Below, one piece after another: positions 9,693-19,636 of a DNA stretch of 64,000 nucleotides. Position numbers and translations under genes: made by a program. This DNA comes from an uncultured Hyphomicrobiales bacterium (GTDB lineage Bacteria; Bacteroidota; Ignavibacteria; Kapaibacteriales; UBA2268), in the NCBI GenBank assembly GCA_964645005.1, contig CAZXYS010000014.1, positions 4,644-68,643 on the forward strand, read 5' to 3'. How positions within the stretch are numbered: position 1 is the first letter of the stretch; the number at the start of each line of letters is the position of its first letter. The notes under the pieces are model-generated. The model was not told the origin of the DNA, ran no database searches, and saw nothing but the letters and a program-made list of their open reading frames with translations.

Positions 9693-9715
9693 TAAAGACA
9701 GCTAATAATTTGTTA

Positions 9716-10387
9716 TCAATTATTAGGATCCGTATATTTTTTTTTGGATAAGGCATATCTCACCAGCGAGGCAGTATTATTTACGCCCAATTTCTGCATT
9801 AAATTATAGCGATGCGATTCCACAGTGCGGACGCTGATAAACAGCTTCTCTGCTATTTCCGGGCTGGACTTGCCATCTGCGACAAGGTCGAGGATTTCCT
9901 GCTCACGCTTGGTGATTACCACCGGCGTATTATCCGGTTCAGTCTCAGGCAGGACTTTCTTCCGCAATGTATTTATTATTGATCGGCTCAGCACTCTTTC
10001 GCCGCTGATCACGGATTTTATAGATTCATTTAATTCTTTTGCGGAGATATCTTTGGATAGGTAGCCGTTGGCGCCCGCTTCCAGTGCCTGTTCTATATGC
10101 TTATAATCTTCAAAGGCTGTTAACATAATAATATACACTTCCGGCATTTCCTGCTTAATTATCTTCGTAACTTCTATGCCGTTCATTTTCGGCATAAGAA
10201 TATCCAGCAGTACAACATCCGGCTCGTGGTATTTGATAAGATCGACTGCATCCTTGCCATTTGCCGCTTCATCCACGATCTTTATATTCTTATTCACATT
10301 CAATAGCCGCCTGATGCCGCTTCTGACGATTTCGTGATCGTCGGCGAGTAATATCGTCACATCCCTGTCGAAATCAAAATTTGCCAT
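9716..10387 (-). CDS. two-component response regulator, NarL/FixJ (LuxR-type HTH) family
   Basis: A receiver domain (ILLADDHEIVRSG...VVLLDILMPKMNG) is followed by a LuxR HTH (LTKREQEILDLVADGKSSPEIAEKLFISVRTVESHRYNLMQKLG). Confidence 0.9.
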   Translation of the reverse strand: MANFDFDRDVTILLADDHEIVRSGIRRLLNVNKNIKIVDEAANGKDAVDLIKYHEPDVVLLDILMPKMNGIEVTKIIKQEMPEVYIIMLTAFEDYKHIEQALEAGANGYLSKDISAKELNESIKSVISGERVLSRSIINTLRKKVLPETEPDNTPVVITKREQEILDLVADGKSSPEIAEKLFISVRTVESHRYNLMQKLGVNNTASLVRYALSKKKYTDPNN

Positions 10388-10450
10388 AATTTTCTATATT
10401 TTTTATTTTTAATTATAATTTACAATTATAACAAAATCAAGAGTAAAATA

Positions 10451-12394
10451 CTATAAATTTTCGATTTCTCTAAGCCATATCATTGGTTCTGCATCGCTCG
10501 GCATTCGCAAATCGCCGCGTGGCGACATCGCCACCGTTCCTATCTTCACCCCGTCGGGCATAGCAGAACGCTTGTACTGCTGCGAGAAAAACCGCTTATA
10601 GAATATCTTAAGCCATTTTTTGATCTGCTCATCTTTAAAAGTGTCTTTAAATGCCATTTTAGCAAGGAAATATATTTTTGCGGGCGTATAACCATTCCTG
10701 AACATATTATATAGAATAAAATCATGGAAAATGTACGGACCAAGTTCTTCTTCGGTTTCCTGGAGTAATTCTCCGCTGTCGCTAGTCGGAAGCAATTCAG
10801 GTGAAATCGGCGTTTCGGCTATATCTTTCAATAGTTTCGACAAATCGCCGGTATAAACATCTTCCGCACACCATTTGATAATATATTTCACAAGTGTTTT
10901 TGGAATGCCGCTATTGATACCGTACATCGACATTTGATCGCCATTATAAGTCGACCAGCCAAGCGCTGTCTCGGACATATCCCCCGTGCCGATGACTATA
11001 GCCTTGTATTTATTAGCCAGGTCCATAAGAATCTGCGTCCGCTCTCGCGCCTGCGCATTTTCATAGACAATATCATGAGTTTCCGGGTCATGCCCTATAT
11101 CTTTAAAATGCTGCTCGACAGCTCTTTTAATAGGAATTAGCAGATTAGTCGTTCCAAGCGCTTCGACAAGCTTTTCTGCGTTGGATCTCGTCCGATCGGT
11201 AGTACCAAACCCGGGCATATTCACGGTATAGATATTTTTCATATCATACCCGAGTCTCTCAAAAGCCTGCACAGTTGCAAGAAGCGCCAGCGTAGAGTCC
11301 AGCCCGCCGGAAATACCGATTACAGCCCTTTCGCAGCCAATATACTTCATTCTCTTGAGCAGTCCCGTAGTCTGGATCGAAAGAATCTCATTGCAGGTCT
11401 GTTTCCGCTTCGAAATATTTTCCGGTATAAAAGGCTTCTCGTCAATTTTTCTAAAGAATTTATCCGTTTCACTCTCATTTATCTCAACATTTACCACACG
11501 AAATCCCTGCAGCGGCATTGCGGCGCCATAGGTGTTATTCCGGACACGCTGAGTGTTCAGATAGCCAATATCAATGTCACTGTAAATTATCTGCGTATCA
11601 AAGCGAAATCGTTCCGTTTGAGTGAGCAGCGAACCATTCTCAGCAATCATTGAGTGACCGGAGCAGACGATATCCGTCGAAGATTCCCCCGGTCCCGCCG
11701 ATGAATACACATAAGCCGCCATACACCGCGCCGACTGCGACTGCACGAGCTGCATACGATAATCCGTCTTACCCAGGAATTCATCGCTGGCGGAAAGATT
11801 GAGTATTATATTTGCCCCTGCGGAAGCCATATTCAGACTTGGCGGGATCACCGCCCACAGATCCTCGCACATCTCGACGCCGAACGAGCAATCAGGCATA
11901 TTCTCAATATTAAACAAAATGTCCGCGCCGAACGGGGTCAGATCACCGCCGATATTTATCATATCATCGATGCGGTCGGTTTCGCCGGAAAACCACCTTT
12001 CCTCGTAAAATTCGCCCGAATTATCGAGAAAAGTCTTCGGCACGGCGCCTTTAATCTGTCCCTGCGAGATAATAACTGCGCAGTTATATAGCTTCCCTTT
12101 CGACTTAAGCGGCGCGCCAACTGCTACGGTGGACTTTGTCGCTTCGGTTTTGTCAGCAATAGCGAACAAACCGTTGACAACGCTGTCCAGCAGCTTTTGC
12201 TGAAAGAACAGGTCGGCGCAGCTATAGCCGGTAAGGCACAATTCGGGGAAAACCATGAAATAGCAGTCATTTTCAACCCCTTTATTTATTGCTTCGACGA
12301 TCTTTTCGACGTTAAAATCCACATCGGCAGCCTTCATCTCAGGTGTTACCGAGCCGATGCGAACATAATCCATGTCGTTCAATTTGAATTTCAT
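10451..12394 (-). CDS. nadE: glutamine-dependent NAD+ synthetase
   Basis: 647 aa with an N-terminal CN-hydrolase (nitrilase) domain and a C-terminal NAD synthetase domain carrying the PP-loop SGGLDS (GISGGLDSTLALL). Confidence 0.9.
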   Translation of the reverse strand: MKFKLNDMDYVRIGSVTPEMKAADVDFNVEKIVEAINKGVENDCYFMVFPELCLTGYSCADLFFQQKLLDSVVNGLFAIADKTEATKSTVAVGAPLKSKGKLYNCAVIISQGQIKGAVPKTFLDNSGEFYEERWFSGETDRIDDMINIGGDLTPFGADILFNIENMPDCSFGVEMCEDLWAVIPPSLNMASAGANIILNLSASDEFLGKTDYRMQLVQSQSARCMAAYVYSSAGPGESSTDIVCSGHSMIAENGSLLTQTERFRFDTQIIYSDIDIGYLNTQRVRNNTYGAAMPLQGFRVVNVEINESETDKFFRKIDEKPFIPENISKRKQTCNEILSIQTTGLLKRMKYIGCERAVIGISGGLDSTLALLATVQAFERLGYDMKNIYTVNMPGFGTTDRTRSNAEKLVEALGTTNLLIPIKRAVEQHFKDIGHDPETHDIVYENAQARERTQILMDLANKYKAIVIGTGDMSETALGWSTYNGDQMSMYGINSGIPKTLVKYIIKWCAEDVYTGDLSKLLKDIAETPISPELLPTSDSGELLQETEEELGPYIFHDFILYNMFRNGYTPAKIYFLAKMAFKDTFKDEQIKKWLKIFYKRFFSQQYKRSAMPDGVKIGTVAMSPRGDLRMPSDAEPMIWLREIENL

Positions 12395-12539
12395 ATTTCC
12401 CCGAAAGATATTCTTTATAATGACAATTTAACGAATAATTGTCAAAAGTGGAAATATAATAAATTTAATAATAGCAACGCTGTTGATCGGTCTTTATTTT
12501 CGGATCGAGGTACAGCCAAACAACCCCAATAATCAGAAA

Positions 12540-12790
12540 CGGCAGCCTGCTTACGGAATTCCGATTACGTAAGCACGAGTTCCCGCAAAGTTGCACTTCG
12601 CTTCATAATCACAGTAAATAGGGCATGTGAAGTACCGTTCAGAATGCAAAAAGCGAGGTAGAGACAGACCTCTGGTCTGTCAAAACAAAAACTTCTCCCT
12701 CAGGAAGAGGACAGTGTGAGGATTCTTATCCCCCCTCCTTGAATAAAGAGGGGGCTAGGGGGTGGTTAAAATGAACAAAATTGAAACACC
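12540..12790. repeat. cluster of G/C-rich palindromic intergenic repeats in the 570-bp nadE upstream region
   Basis: It contains hairpins gcttacg-N11-cgtaagc, gacagacc-tct-ggtctgtc and cccccctcc-ttgaataaag-agggggc, followed by gggggtggtt. This matches the architecture of the 26262-26300 and 6380-6420 repeats. Confidence 0.5.
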
Positions 12791-12966
12791 CACTACCCCA
12801 TACAAAAAGTTGCAGAAAGTTTAAATCGTTCCTTGAAAACTCAGTCAGATATAACAAAACTCATTGAAAAAAAAGGTTACCCCTGTTTTAACAAAGGCAA
12901 CCTAATCTTATCTTATAATACATTTTACTGTCAGATATAACATTTGACAGTACGAAAAGTAGAGAA

Positions 12967-15900
12967 CTACTCTATAATCAGCTTATGCGTTGTTATCTGG
13001 TCTCCGCTCTGCATCTTAAGCATGTACATGCCTGCCGGCAGATCTTCCGGCGTCCAGGTAAATTCATAAACGTTAGCTTCGAGAGTTTTATCGATCAGAG
13101 TTTCGATAGCCTGACCCATCGAATTGTAAACAGTAATGTTTACATCCGAGTAATTGGAAACGAAGAACTGGATCTTCGTTGAACCCGTGAACGGATTCGG
13201 ATAGGACTTGATCATCTTATCACCGTCGCCGGCAATCGCGCCGAATTCTTCGACAGATTGTACCTCGCCCGCAAGTCCGGATTTGGAGAGGAATGTCCAT
13301 CCGGAGAGCCACATATCATCGCCGAAAGCGCCTATATGATTTACCTGTGTGAAGAAGCCGCCGGCTGGGAGGTCAGCTTTATCATTCGTGAATGCCGGAC
13401 CATCTGGTGCAGGTCTCGGATCGAGAACATTGTTTTCTGTCTGATTGAACAGGCGTCCTACACCTCTGATTTGCGGATTCTGCAGCCAGTTATTGTTAGC
13501 TTTCATGTGAGTTTGAACATAACCCTGATCGGATTTTGTCAGTTCAGCCCAGGAAGTGCTGCCGACGCCGAATTCGTACCACAGATTGTTTGCAAATACC
13601 AGATCGCCCGCTTCCATTCTGTCACGGCTGTCGGGATCATCTTTATCTTCTACGTCAATGATTACACCGGAGCTTGTGCCGGGGAAATCATAGAAAATGC
13701 TGTTTTTATAAGTTGGGGAAGAGTTTTGACGGATCTTGAATACCATATTTTCATATTTCGGATATGCATTGGCTCCTGCCCCGATATACGTAGCATTGTA
13801 AATTATTGGCATCGAAGTCGGCTGGGCGCCAACGACATCATCATGACCGTCATGTTCGCCTGCGCGGTCGCCCGCTTTGACCGTATCTTGTATAGCAAAG
13901 AAGAACTGTCCTTTTCCCTGCCAGCCTTGATCGAGGTCAAATGCATCGTCTTTACAGAATGCCGCAACAAGATACTTACAGCTAACCGTGCCGCCGAACC
14001 ATTCGAAGCCGTCGTCATTATTTGCATAAACTTCGACATGCTCGACAGTGGTTCCGCTGCCGACTGCGCCGAATGTAACGCCATTGATCTCGTCGCCGTC
14101 GCCGAGGTCGGTGCCGCCATGCCGTACGGAAACATAACGAAGAACACCGGAATTATCCGCATCATCAGGATTGTTTCCGCCGCCATAGCTTCCTCGCTCT
14201 TCCGTACTTGGAATACCTTCGATATGACCTTCACCGCCTTCGAGGTTGGTTGTGGCATTACCGAGAATTATCAATCCGCCCCACAAGCCGCGTGTACCGG
14301 CTGGGAGGTCGTTAGGATCGTTAGTATCATCAGCTTCCGCTGTGAATATGATAGGATCGTTAGCTGTTCCTTCAGCCATGATCTTACCGCCGCGGGCGAT
14401 GACTAACGCGCTGGCATTTGCGCCTTGTCCGGGCATACCTTTGATAACCGTACCGGCTTCGATATTCAGCACAGCGCCGTCTTCAACGAAAACGAAGCCG
14501 TTAAGGTGATAGGTGTTATTTCTTGTCCAATTATAAGTTTGACCCGATTTGATGTCGCTGTCGAATACCTGAACATCGTTGCCAACTTCGATCGGACGTG
14601 CAATACCGCTCTGATAGAGCATTGTCCAGTTTCCGATCCAGTAGTTGTTCGGTCCAAATGCTCCAAGATAATCTACATCATCATAAAATTTATTATCGTA
14701 TGTGGCTTTGGCTTTGGACATTGCCGGGCTTCCAGCTTTAGGTCTGGGATCAAGGATGTTATCCTTAGTTTTGTTAAACAATCGTCCAACACCTCTGAGC
14801 ATGGGATCTTCAATCCAGTTATTGTTAGCTTCCATGTGAGTTTGAACATAACCCTGATCGGATTTTGTCAGTTCAGCCCAGGAAGTGCTGCCGACGCCGA
14901 ATTCGTACCACAGATTGTTTGCAAATACCAGATCGCCCGCTTCCATTCTGTCACGGCTGTCGGGATCATCTTTATCTTCTACGTCAATGATTACACCGGA
15001 GCTTGTGCCGGGGAAATCATAGAAAATGCTGTTTTTATAAGTTGGGGAAGAGTTTTGACGGATCTTGAATACCATATTTTCATATTTCGGATATGCATTG
15101 GCTCCTGCCCCGATATACGTAGCATTGTAAATTATTGGCATCGAAGTCGGCTGGGCGCCAACGACATCATCATGACCGTCATGTTCGCCTGCGCGGTCGC
15201 CCGCTTTGACCGTATCTTGTATAGCAAAGAAGAACTGTCCTTTTCCCTGCCAGCCTTGATCGAGGTCAAATGCATCGTCTTTACAGAATGCCGCAACAAG
15301 ATACTTACAGCTAACCGTGCCGCCGAACCATTCGAAGCCGTCGTCATTATTTGCATAAACTTCGACATGCTCGACAGTGGTTCCGCTGCCGACTGCGCCG
15401 AATGTAACGCCATTGATCTCGTCGCCGTCGCCGAGGTCGGTGCCGCCATGCCGTACGGAAACATAACGAAGAACACCGGAATTATCCGCATCATCAGGAT
15501 TGTTTCCGCCGCCATAGCTTCCTCGCTCTTCCGTACTTGGAATACCTTCGATATGACCTTCACCGCCTTCGAGGTTGGTTGTGGCATTACCGAGAATTAT
15601 CAATCCGCCCCACAAGCCGCGTGTACCGGCTGGGAGGTCGTTAGGATCGTTAGTATCATCAGCTTCCGCTGTGAATATGATAGGATCGTTAGCTGTTCCT
15701 TCAGCCATGATCTTACCGCCGCGGGCGATGACTAACGCGCTGGCATTTGCGCCTTGTCCGGGCATACCTTTGATAACCGTACCGGCTTCGATATTCAGCA
15801 CAGCGCCGTCTTCAACGAAAACGAAGCCGTCGAGATGGTAAACATTATCAGAAGTCCAGGTTACTTGTTGTCCGGCTTGAATGTCATCATCGGTGACGTT

Positions 15901-15972
15901 TATATCAGCGGACAAAGCTGCAAAGGGGGCAAAAAGAATGATTATAAGGATCGCATAGAGTTTGTAATTCAT
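12967..15972 (-). CDS. secreted T9SS-cargo protein with two tandem ~443-aa repeated domains (possible β-helix) and a C-terminal Por secretion sorting domain
   Basis: Signal peptide MNYKLYAILIIILFAPFAALSA. The C-terminus KSYPNPFTGSTKIQFFVSNYSDVNITVYNSMGQ...LKMQSGDQITTHKLIIE has the YPNPF T9SS C-terminal domain pattern. The internal domain is duplicated. Confidence 0.8.
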   Translation of the reverse strand: MNYKLYAILIIILFAPFAALSADINVTDDDIQAGQQVTWTSDNVYHLDGFVFVEDGAVLNIEAGTVIKGMPGQGANASALVIARGGKIMAEGTANDPIIFTAEADDTNDPNDLPAGTRGLWGGLIILGNATTNLEGGEGHIEGIPSTEERGSYGGGNNPDDADNSGVLRYVSVRHGGTDLGDGDEINGVTFGAVGSGTTVEHVEVYANNDDGFEWFGGTVSCKYLVAAFCKDDAFDLDQGWQGKGQFFFAIQDTVKAGDRAGEHDGHDDVVGAQPTSMPIIYNATYIGAGANAYPKYENMVFKIRQNSSPTYKNSIFYDFPGTSSGVIIDVEDKDDPDSRDRMEAGDLVFANNLWYEFGVGSTSWAELTKSDQGYVQTHMEANNNWIEDPMLRGVGRLFNKTKDNILDPRPKAGSPAMSKAKATYDNKFYDDVDYLGAFGPNNYWIGNWTMLYQSGIARPIEVGNDVQVFDSDIKSGQTYNWTRNNTYHLNGFVFVEDGAVLNIEAGTVIKGMPGQGANASALVIARGGKIMAEGTANDPIIFTAEADDTNDPNDLPAGTRGLWGGLIILGNATTNLEGGEGHIEGIPSTEERGSYGGGNNPDDADNSGVLRYVSVRHGGTDLGDGDEINGVTFGAVGSGTTVEHVEVYANNDDGFEWFGGTVSCKYLVAAFCKDDAFDLDQGWQGKGQFFFAIQDTVKAGDRAGEHDGHDDVVGAQPTSMPIIYNATYIGAGANAYPKYENMVFKIRQNSSPTYKNSIFYDFPGTSSGVIIDVEDKDDPDSRDRMEAGDLVFANNLWYEFGVGSTSWAELTKSDQGYVQTHMKANNNWLQNPQIRGVGRLFNQTENNVLDPRPAPDGPAFTNDKADLPAGGFFTQVNHIGAFGDDMWLSGWTFLSKSGLAGEVQSVEEFGAIAGDGDKMIKSYPNPFTGSTKIQFFVSNYSDVNITVYNSMGQAIETLIDKTLEANVYEFTWTPEDLPAGMYMLKMQSGDQITTHKLIIE
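13506..14500. repeat. copy 2 of a ~995-bp perfect tandem repeat inside the T9SS gene (1329-bp period)
   Basis: The nucleotide sequence 13506-14500 is identical to 14835-15829 (for example ccctgatcggattttgtcagttcagcccaggaagtgctgccgacgcc at both). Antisense ORFs 13258..14406 and 14425..15735 translate identically over this span. Confidence 0.9.
14835..15829. repeat. copy 1 of the ~995-bp perfect tandem repeat
   Basis: See 13506-14500. The flanks diverge (HMEANNNWIEDPMLRG... versus HMKANNNWLQNPQIRG...). Confidence 0.9.
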
Positions 15973-16002
15973 ATAATAAAACCTCCATTATATTTTAAAA
16001 AA

Positions 16003-18918
16003 TTAATTTATACTATAAGAAATACCTATCGAAAATGTTCTGCCATAGTTATATTGATAATATATATAGTCTTTGCCTTTGAATTCCTGGGCTTTTTTAA
16101 CTCCGGCATTCAGTAAGTTCTTTGCGGAAGCTTTTACCTTGAATCCATCAAAGAGTCGCTGCGAAACGACAATATTCAGATCCGGCTCCGGAAACTGATA
16201 TACGTCGGGTGCTCCCAACGGACTGACCTCAGAGAGTCTCTTCCCGAACACATAGTAGTGTAGGGTTGCCGTAGTACCCCAATCGGGATTTACATAACCA
16301 AGATCGAAGTTTACGATATAGGGTGATTGCCCTTGAAGGGGTCTGTAAGCTGACGCATTCGGGTCGTACTCTCTGATTATCTTGAGTTCATCTTCAGCGA
16401 TCTTAACTTCCGAGTGGATCAATGTTACATTGAATCCTGTCTGAAAATATTTCAACGGTTCGTAGAATGTTCCGAGATTCTTTCTGAATTCGAACTCCAG
16501 ACCGTAAACTGTGGCATCATCAACGTTCTGGAAGTTAATCTCACCGTTTTCGTTTTTAATAACTCTTTCGATGGAATTTTTGAATGATTTGTAAAAGCCG
16601 CTGACAGCAATGATCTCGCCTGGATTCAAGAACCATTCCCATCTTATATCATAATTATCTACAATAGTTCTCTTAAGATTAGGATTCCCGAGGAATATGA
16701 AACTGCCGATAAAATCAAGTGAGGGATACGGCGCCAACTCGCGCATGGTCGGTCTGGCAACGGTTTTACCGTAAGCTGCCCTCAAATTCATATTGCTAAA
16801 TAATTGATAGACAAGATTCACCGATGGCAGCAGATCAAATTGCTCGACTTCTCCTGTGTCAAGTCCGGGATCATGTGAAGCAACCCAAAGATCCGTAGTT
16901 TCGTATCTTGCGCCGCCGATTATTCTTAGATTGTCATAGATGTACCAGTCGATCATACCGTATAGAGCCTGAATATTTCTTTCGCCGTCGTAGCTGCTTC
17001 GTTTTTCTGTCGCGTCGACAACGTGGACGCCCCATTGATAAGTCTGAAGAAGAGAATCATAACCGACTATTCCCATATTATCCTGGCTGAAGTATGCGAA
17101 TGGATCGCCGTAATATCCTTTATCATTGCCCTGATACTTGAATAGGTAGCGTTTCTCTCTGAATTCTCTGAATTTATCCTGATATGAAAATCCTGTCTTG
17201 AATTTGAGTTGTGCTCCAATAACTTCTTTAAGAGGAATTTCAAAATTAACATTGAAATTATATAATTTTTCCTCTAACTGTCTGTAATATCGGGTGGGTG
17301 CAGAATAAAGATTCGTATGAATATAATGTGTGGTTCCGCTGACTGTATCGCCTTTTTCCTTATCGTAGTATGACCAGTGGTGAAAATCATTATTGAAAAA
17401 TCTCATGTCCGGCTCATCCTGAGAGGTCACATTATACGCAAAGTTCCAGTCTAATTTAGAATTCAACAACCACGGGAAGAAATGCTCGCCTTTAAGCTGA
17501 TTTGATGAAATAGACCGCTCCGTGTATTTTAAAGCTCTTGTCTGCATTGTGTCATGAATATCATTCAGATCGTCGGGGAAGATTCCTTCCATGTACCGCG
17601 CCTGAGAAAGCCCGCTCTGATTTCTCATATAATTATATGTTATCTGATGATTTTCATGGAAATTATATGCTGCGTTTACCATCGAACCCCAGAGCGCCTC
17701 ATCTTCTCCTTTATTATCGGCATAATCGTAGGAAACCCGAAGGGAATCAATATTATTTCCTTCGCCTTTTCTAACATATTTATTGTAATCGCCGTTATTA
17801 TAAAGTTTGTATTTTCTGTCATAGCTGAGAGTAGCAAAGAACCCAAGGCTGTTTCCAAACAACTCGAACTGATCGCCGGCGGAAAGTGAGAAGCCGGAAT
17901 TCATTGGGACATGTTTTCTTTTAGGCGCCATTTCGTTATTAAAAGCTTTTGACATTTTGTCTAATTTGTGAGCTGCTTCATCATCCGCATAGGTCATCCC
18001 GTAGTCTGGGACTTCATTGTTCTTGACAATTCCCGGTAATGAGCGCTTACCATTGTCAAAACCAACCCAGTCGGTGCTGCTGTTTGAATATCCGAGAAAA
18101 TCATCGGAAAATGAAGTCTGATCATTATAAGAAGAAGACAGTGAAAAGTTCAGGCTGAATTCCTCAGGGTAAGACCTTGTGGAAATATTAACCGTACCGC
18201 CGGTAAAGCTTCCCGGTTTGTCGGGAGTAGCTGTTTTTACGGTAGTGATGTTCTCGATAAGATTTGTTGGAAAAAGATCGAGATGAACGGATTTTTTATC
18301 CGGGTCGGCGGTAGGAAGATCAGCGCCGTTCAACTGGGTATTACTGTATCTGTCGCCCAAGCCGCGGATATATACGTGTTTGCCTCCGACTGTGGCAGCG
18401 CCGGTAAGCTGCTTGATGGCGTCGGCAGCGTTGCCGCCGCCGGTTCTGGATATTTCTTCCGCGCCAATGGCATCACTGAAAGCTTCCGCTTTCTGACGTT
18501 CTTTGAGCAAAGCGGCGCCGGTTTCCTTAACAGATTTTGCAGTAACTACAACCTCATCTTTTTCCAGAACTTCTTCCTGCATGGAAATATTTATTTTAGT
18601 CACATCATTAGGTTCCACTACTACATTGGTGACTTCCTTTTTGGCATAACCTACATAAGAGAATACCAGCGTATATTCGCCCGGTGGCACATTCTTGATT
18701 AAATAGCTGCCGTCGAATTTACTTACAGCTCCCATTTTCGTGTCTTTTATCATTACACGGGCTCCGATCATATCGCCGCCTGTCTTTTTCTCCACTATTT
18801 TGCCGGAAATTCGCCCTTTTTCTTTACTGTCCTGAGCATAAGTTGATATGCTTAAGAAAACAGTGAACATTAATGCAAAAATGAAAAGAATTCTCATGTT
18901 TTGAATTACCTTTTTCAT
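16003..18918 (-). CDS. TonB-dependent outer-membrane receptor (SusC-like, carboxypeptidase-regulatory-like N-terminal domain)
   Basis: It has a signal peptide, an N-terminal CarbopepD_reg-like β-sandwich (GKIVEKKTGGDMIGARVMIKDTKMGAVSKFDGSYLIKNVPPGEYTLVFSYVGYAKK), a plug region, and a 971-aa barrel ending ...GRTFSIGISYSIN. Confidence 0.8.
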   Translation of the reverse strand: MKKVIQNMRILFIFALMFTVFLSISTYAQDSKEKGRISGKIVEKKTGGDMIGARVMIKDTKMGAVSKFDGSYLIKNVPPGEYTLVFSYVGYAKKEVTNVVVEPNDVTKINISMQEEVLEKDEVVVTAKSVKETGAALLKERQKAEAFSDAIGAEEISRTGGGNAADAIKQLTGAATVGGKHVYIRGLGDRYSNTQLNGADLPTADPDKKSVHLDLFPTNLIENITTVKTATPDKPGSFTGGTVNISTRSYPEEFSLNFSLSSSYNDQTSFSDDFLGYSNSSTDWVGFDNGKRSLPGIVKNNEVPDYGMTYADDEAAHKLDKMSKAFNNEMAPKRKHVPMNSGFSLSAGDQFELFGNSLGFFATLSYDRKYKLYNNGDYNKYVRKGEGNNIDSLRVSYDYADNKGEDEALWGSMVNAAYNFHENHQITYNYMRNQSGLSQARYMEGIFPDDLNDIHDTMQTRALKYTERSISSNQLKGEHFFPWLLNSKLDWNFAYNVTSQDEPDMRFFNNDFHHWSYYDKEKGDTVSGTTHYIHTNLYSAPTRYYRQLEEKLYNFNVNFEIPLKEVIGAQLKFKTGFSYQDKFREFREKRYLFKYQGNDKGYYGDPFAYFSQDNMGIVGYDSLLQTYQWGVHVVDATEKRSSYDGERNIQALYGMIDWYIYDNLRIIGGARYETTDLWVASHDPGLDTGEVEQFDLLPSVNLVYQLFSNMNLRAAYGKTVARPTMRELAPYPSLDFIGSFIFLGNPNLKRTIVDNYDIRWEWFLNPGEIIAVSGFYKSFKNSIERVIKNENGEINFQNVDDATVYGLEFEFRKNLGTFYEPLKYFQTGFNVTLIHSEVKIAEDELKIIREYDPNASAYRPLQGQSPYIVNFDLGYVNPDWGTTATLHYYVFGKRLSEVSPLGAPDVYQFPEPDLNIVVSQRLFDGFKVKASAKNLLNAGVKKAQEFKGKDYIYYQYNYGRTFSIGISYSIN

Positions 18919-19195
18919 AAACCCTACATCTTTTTTTATGAAAAAATGATTATGTAAAAATTGACTTATTTAACAATCTCAAAATTCGCTTGATATTATG
19001 AATTAGATATAAATGGTATGTTAATGTTAAGTTAAATGTAAGAATAGGGTATTTGTATTGCTAATGGTGCTGATGATAAGAAGTTTGCAAAGAGTGTTAA
19101 TTAGGTGTTAAGAAAAGGAAGAAATATTAAGTTTTGCAGAAAATTATCTGTAAATCTAACAAATTTTGAATAGTTTAATAATTTAAGGTAGAATT

Positions 19196-19636
19196 TTAAT
19201 ATTGGTATTGGATTCCAGCTCTGAAAAATCTAAGAGATGACAAAAGCAAAGGGATGCCCATAACAATTAAATAAGTGTACAGCCATACCGGATTGATAAT
19301 CTCAAGATTTTTGATTACTATACTCATAGTGATCATTGTACCTACCAATATGTAGCTTTTAAAATCGAAAAAGGAAAAAAGGCAAGGTCTCTTGATCTTA
19401 ATATTTTTTATCCGCTTGATGTGGCGCGGCGTTATCCTGCGGAACATGCCAAAGTAAAATAATCCGCCGCCGGCAATGCCTATCGTTATATTTATGATGA
19501 TCTGGTCAACATGTTCAGTCAGAAACGATAATGATCTATATAGCAGCATTGAACCCGCGAAAGACCAAAATATCCCTGCTGCGAAGAATAACCCTTTTTT
19601 TGGCACTGCCGGTTTGAATTTTTTTAGAATATTCAT
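19196..19636 (-). CDS. hypothetical small membrane protein
   Basis: A 146-aa ORF with ~4 hydrophobic segments and no recognisable motif. Confidence 0.4.
   Translation of the reverse strand: MNILKKFKPAVPKKGLFFAAGIFWSFAGSMLLYRSLSFLTEHVDQIIINITIGIAGGGLFYFGMFRRITPRHIKRIKNIKIKRPCLFSFFDFKSYILVGTMITMSIVIKNLEIINPVWLYTYLIVMGIPLLLSSLRFFRAGIQYQY

Noticed and set aside
12197-12532. 111-aa + strand ORF overlapping the nadE start and running into the intergenic region
   Set aside because: It overlaps the well-supported nadE N-terminus on the opposite strand. Its translation is low-complexity with no motif, so it is most likely spurious.
13258-15735. Two long + strand ORFs (382 and 436 aa, plus 151/87-aa ones) inside the 12967-15972 gene
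   Set aside because: They are antisense to a strongly supported 1001-aa T9SS gene. They lie in a GC-rich, stop-poor region and are duplicated only because the underlying DNA is duplicated. They have no start-context or domain support.
13506-15829. Possibility that the perfect ~1-kb repeat is a CRISPR-like or mobile element
   Set aside because: There is only a two-copy direct tandem of 995 bp within a coding frame that stays open through both copies. There are no spacers, short repeats, transposase or inverted termini. It is an intragenic domain duplication.
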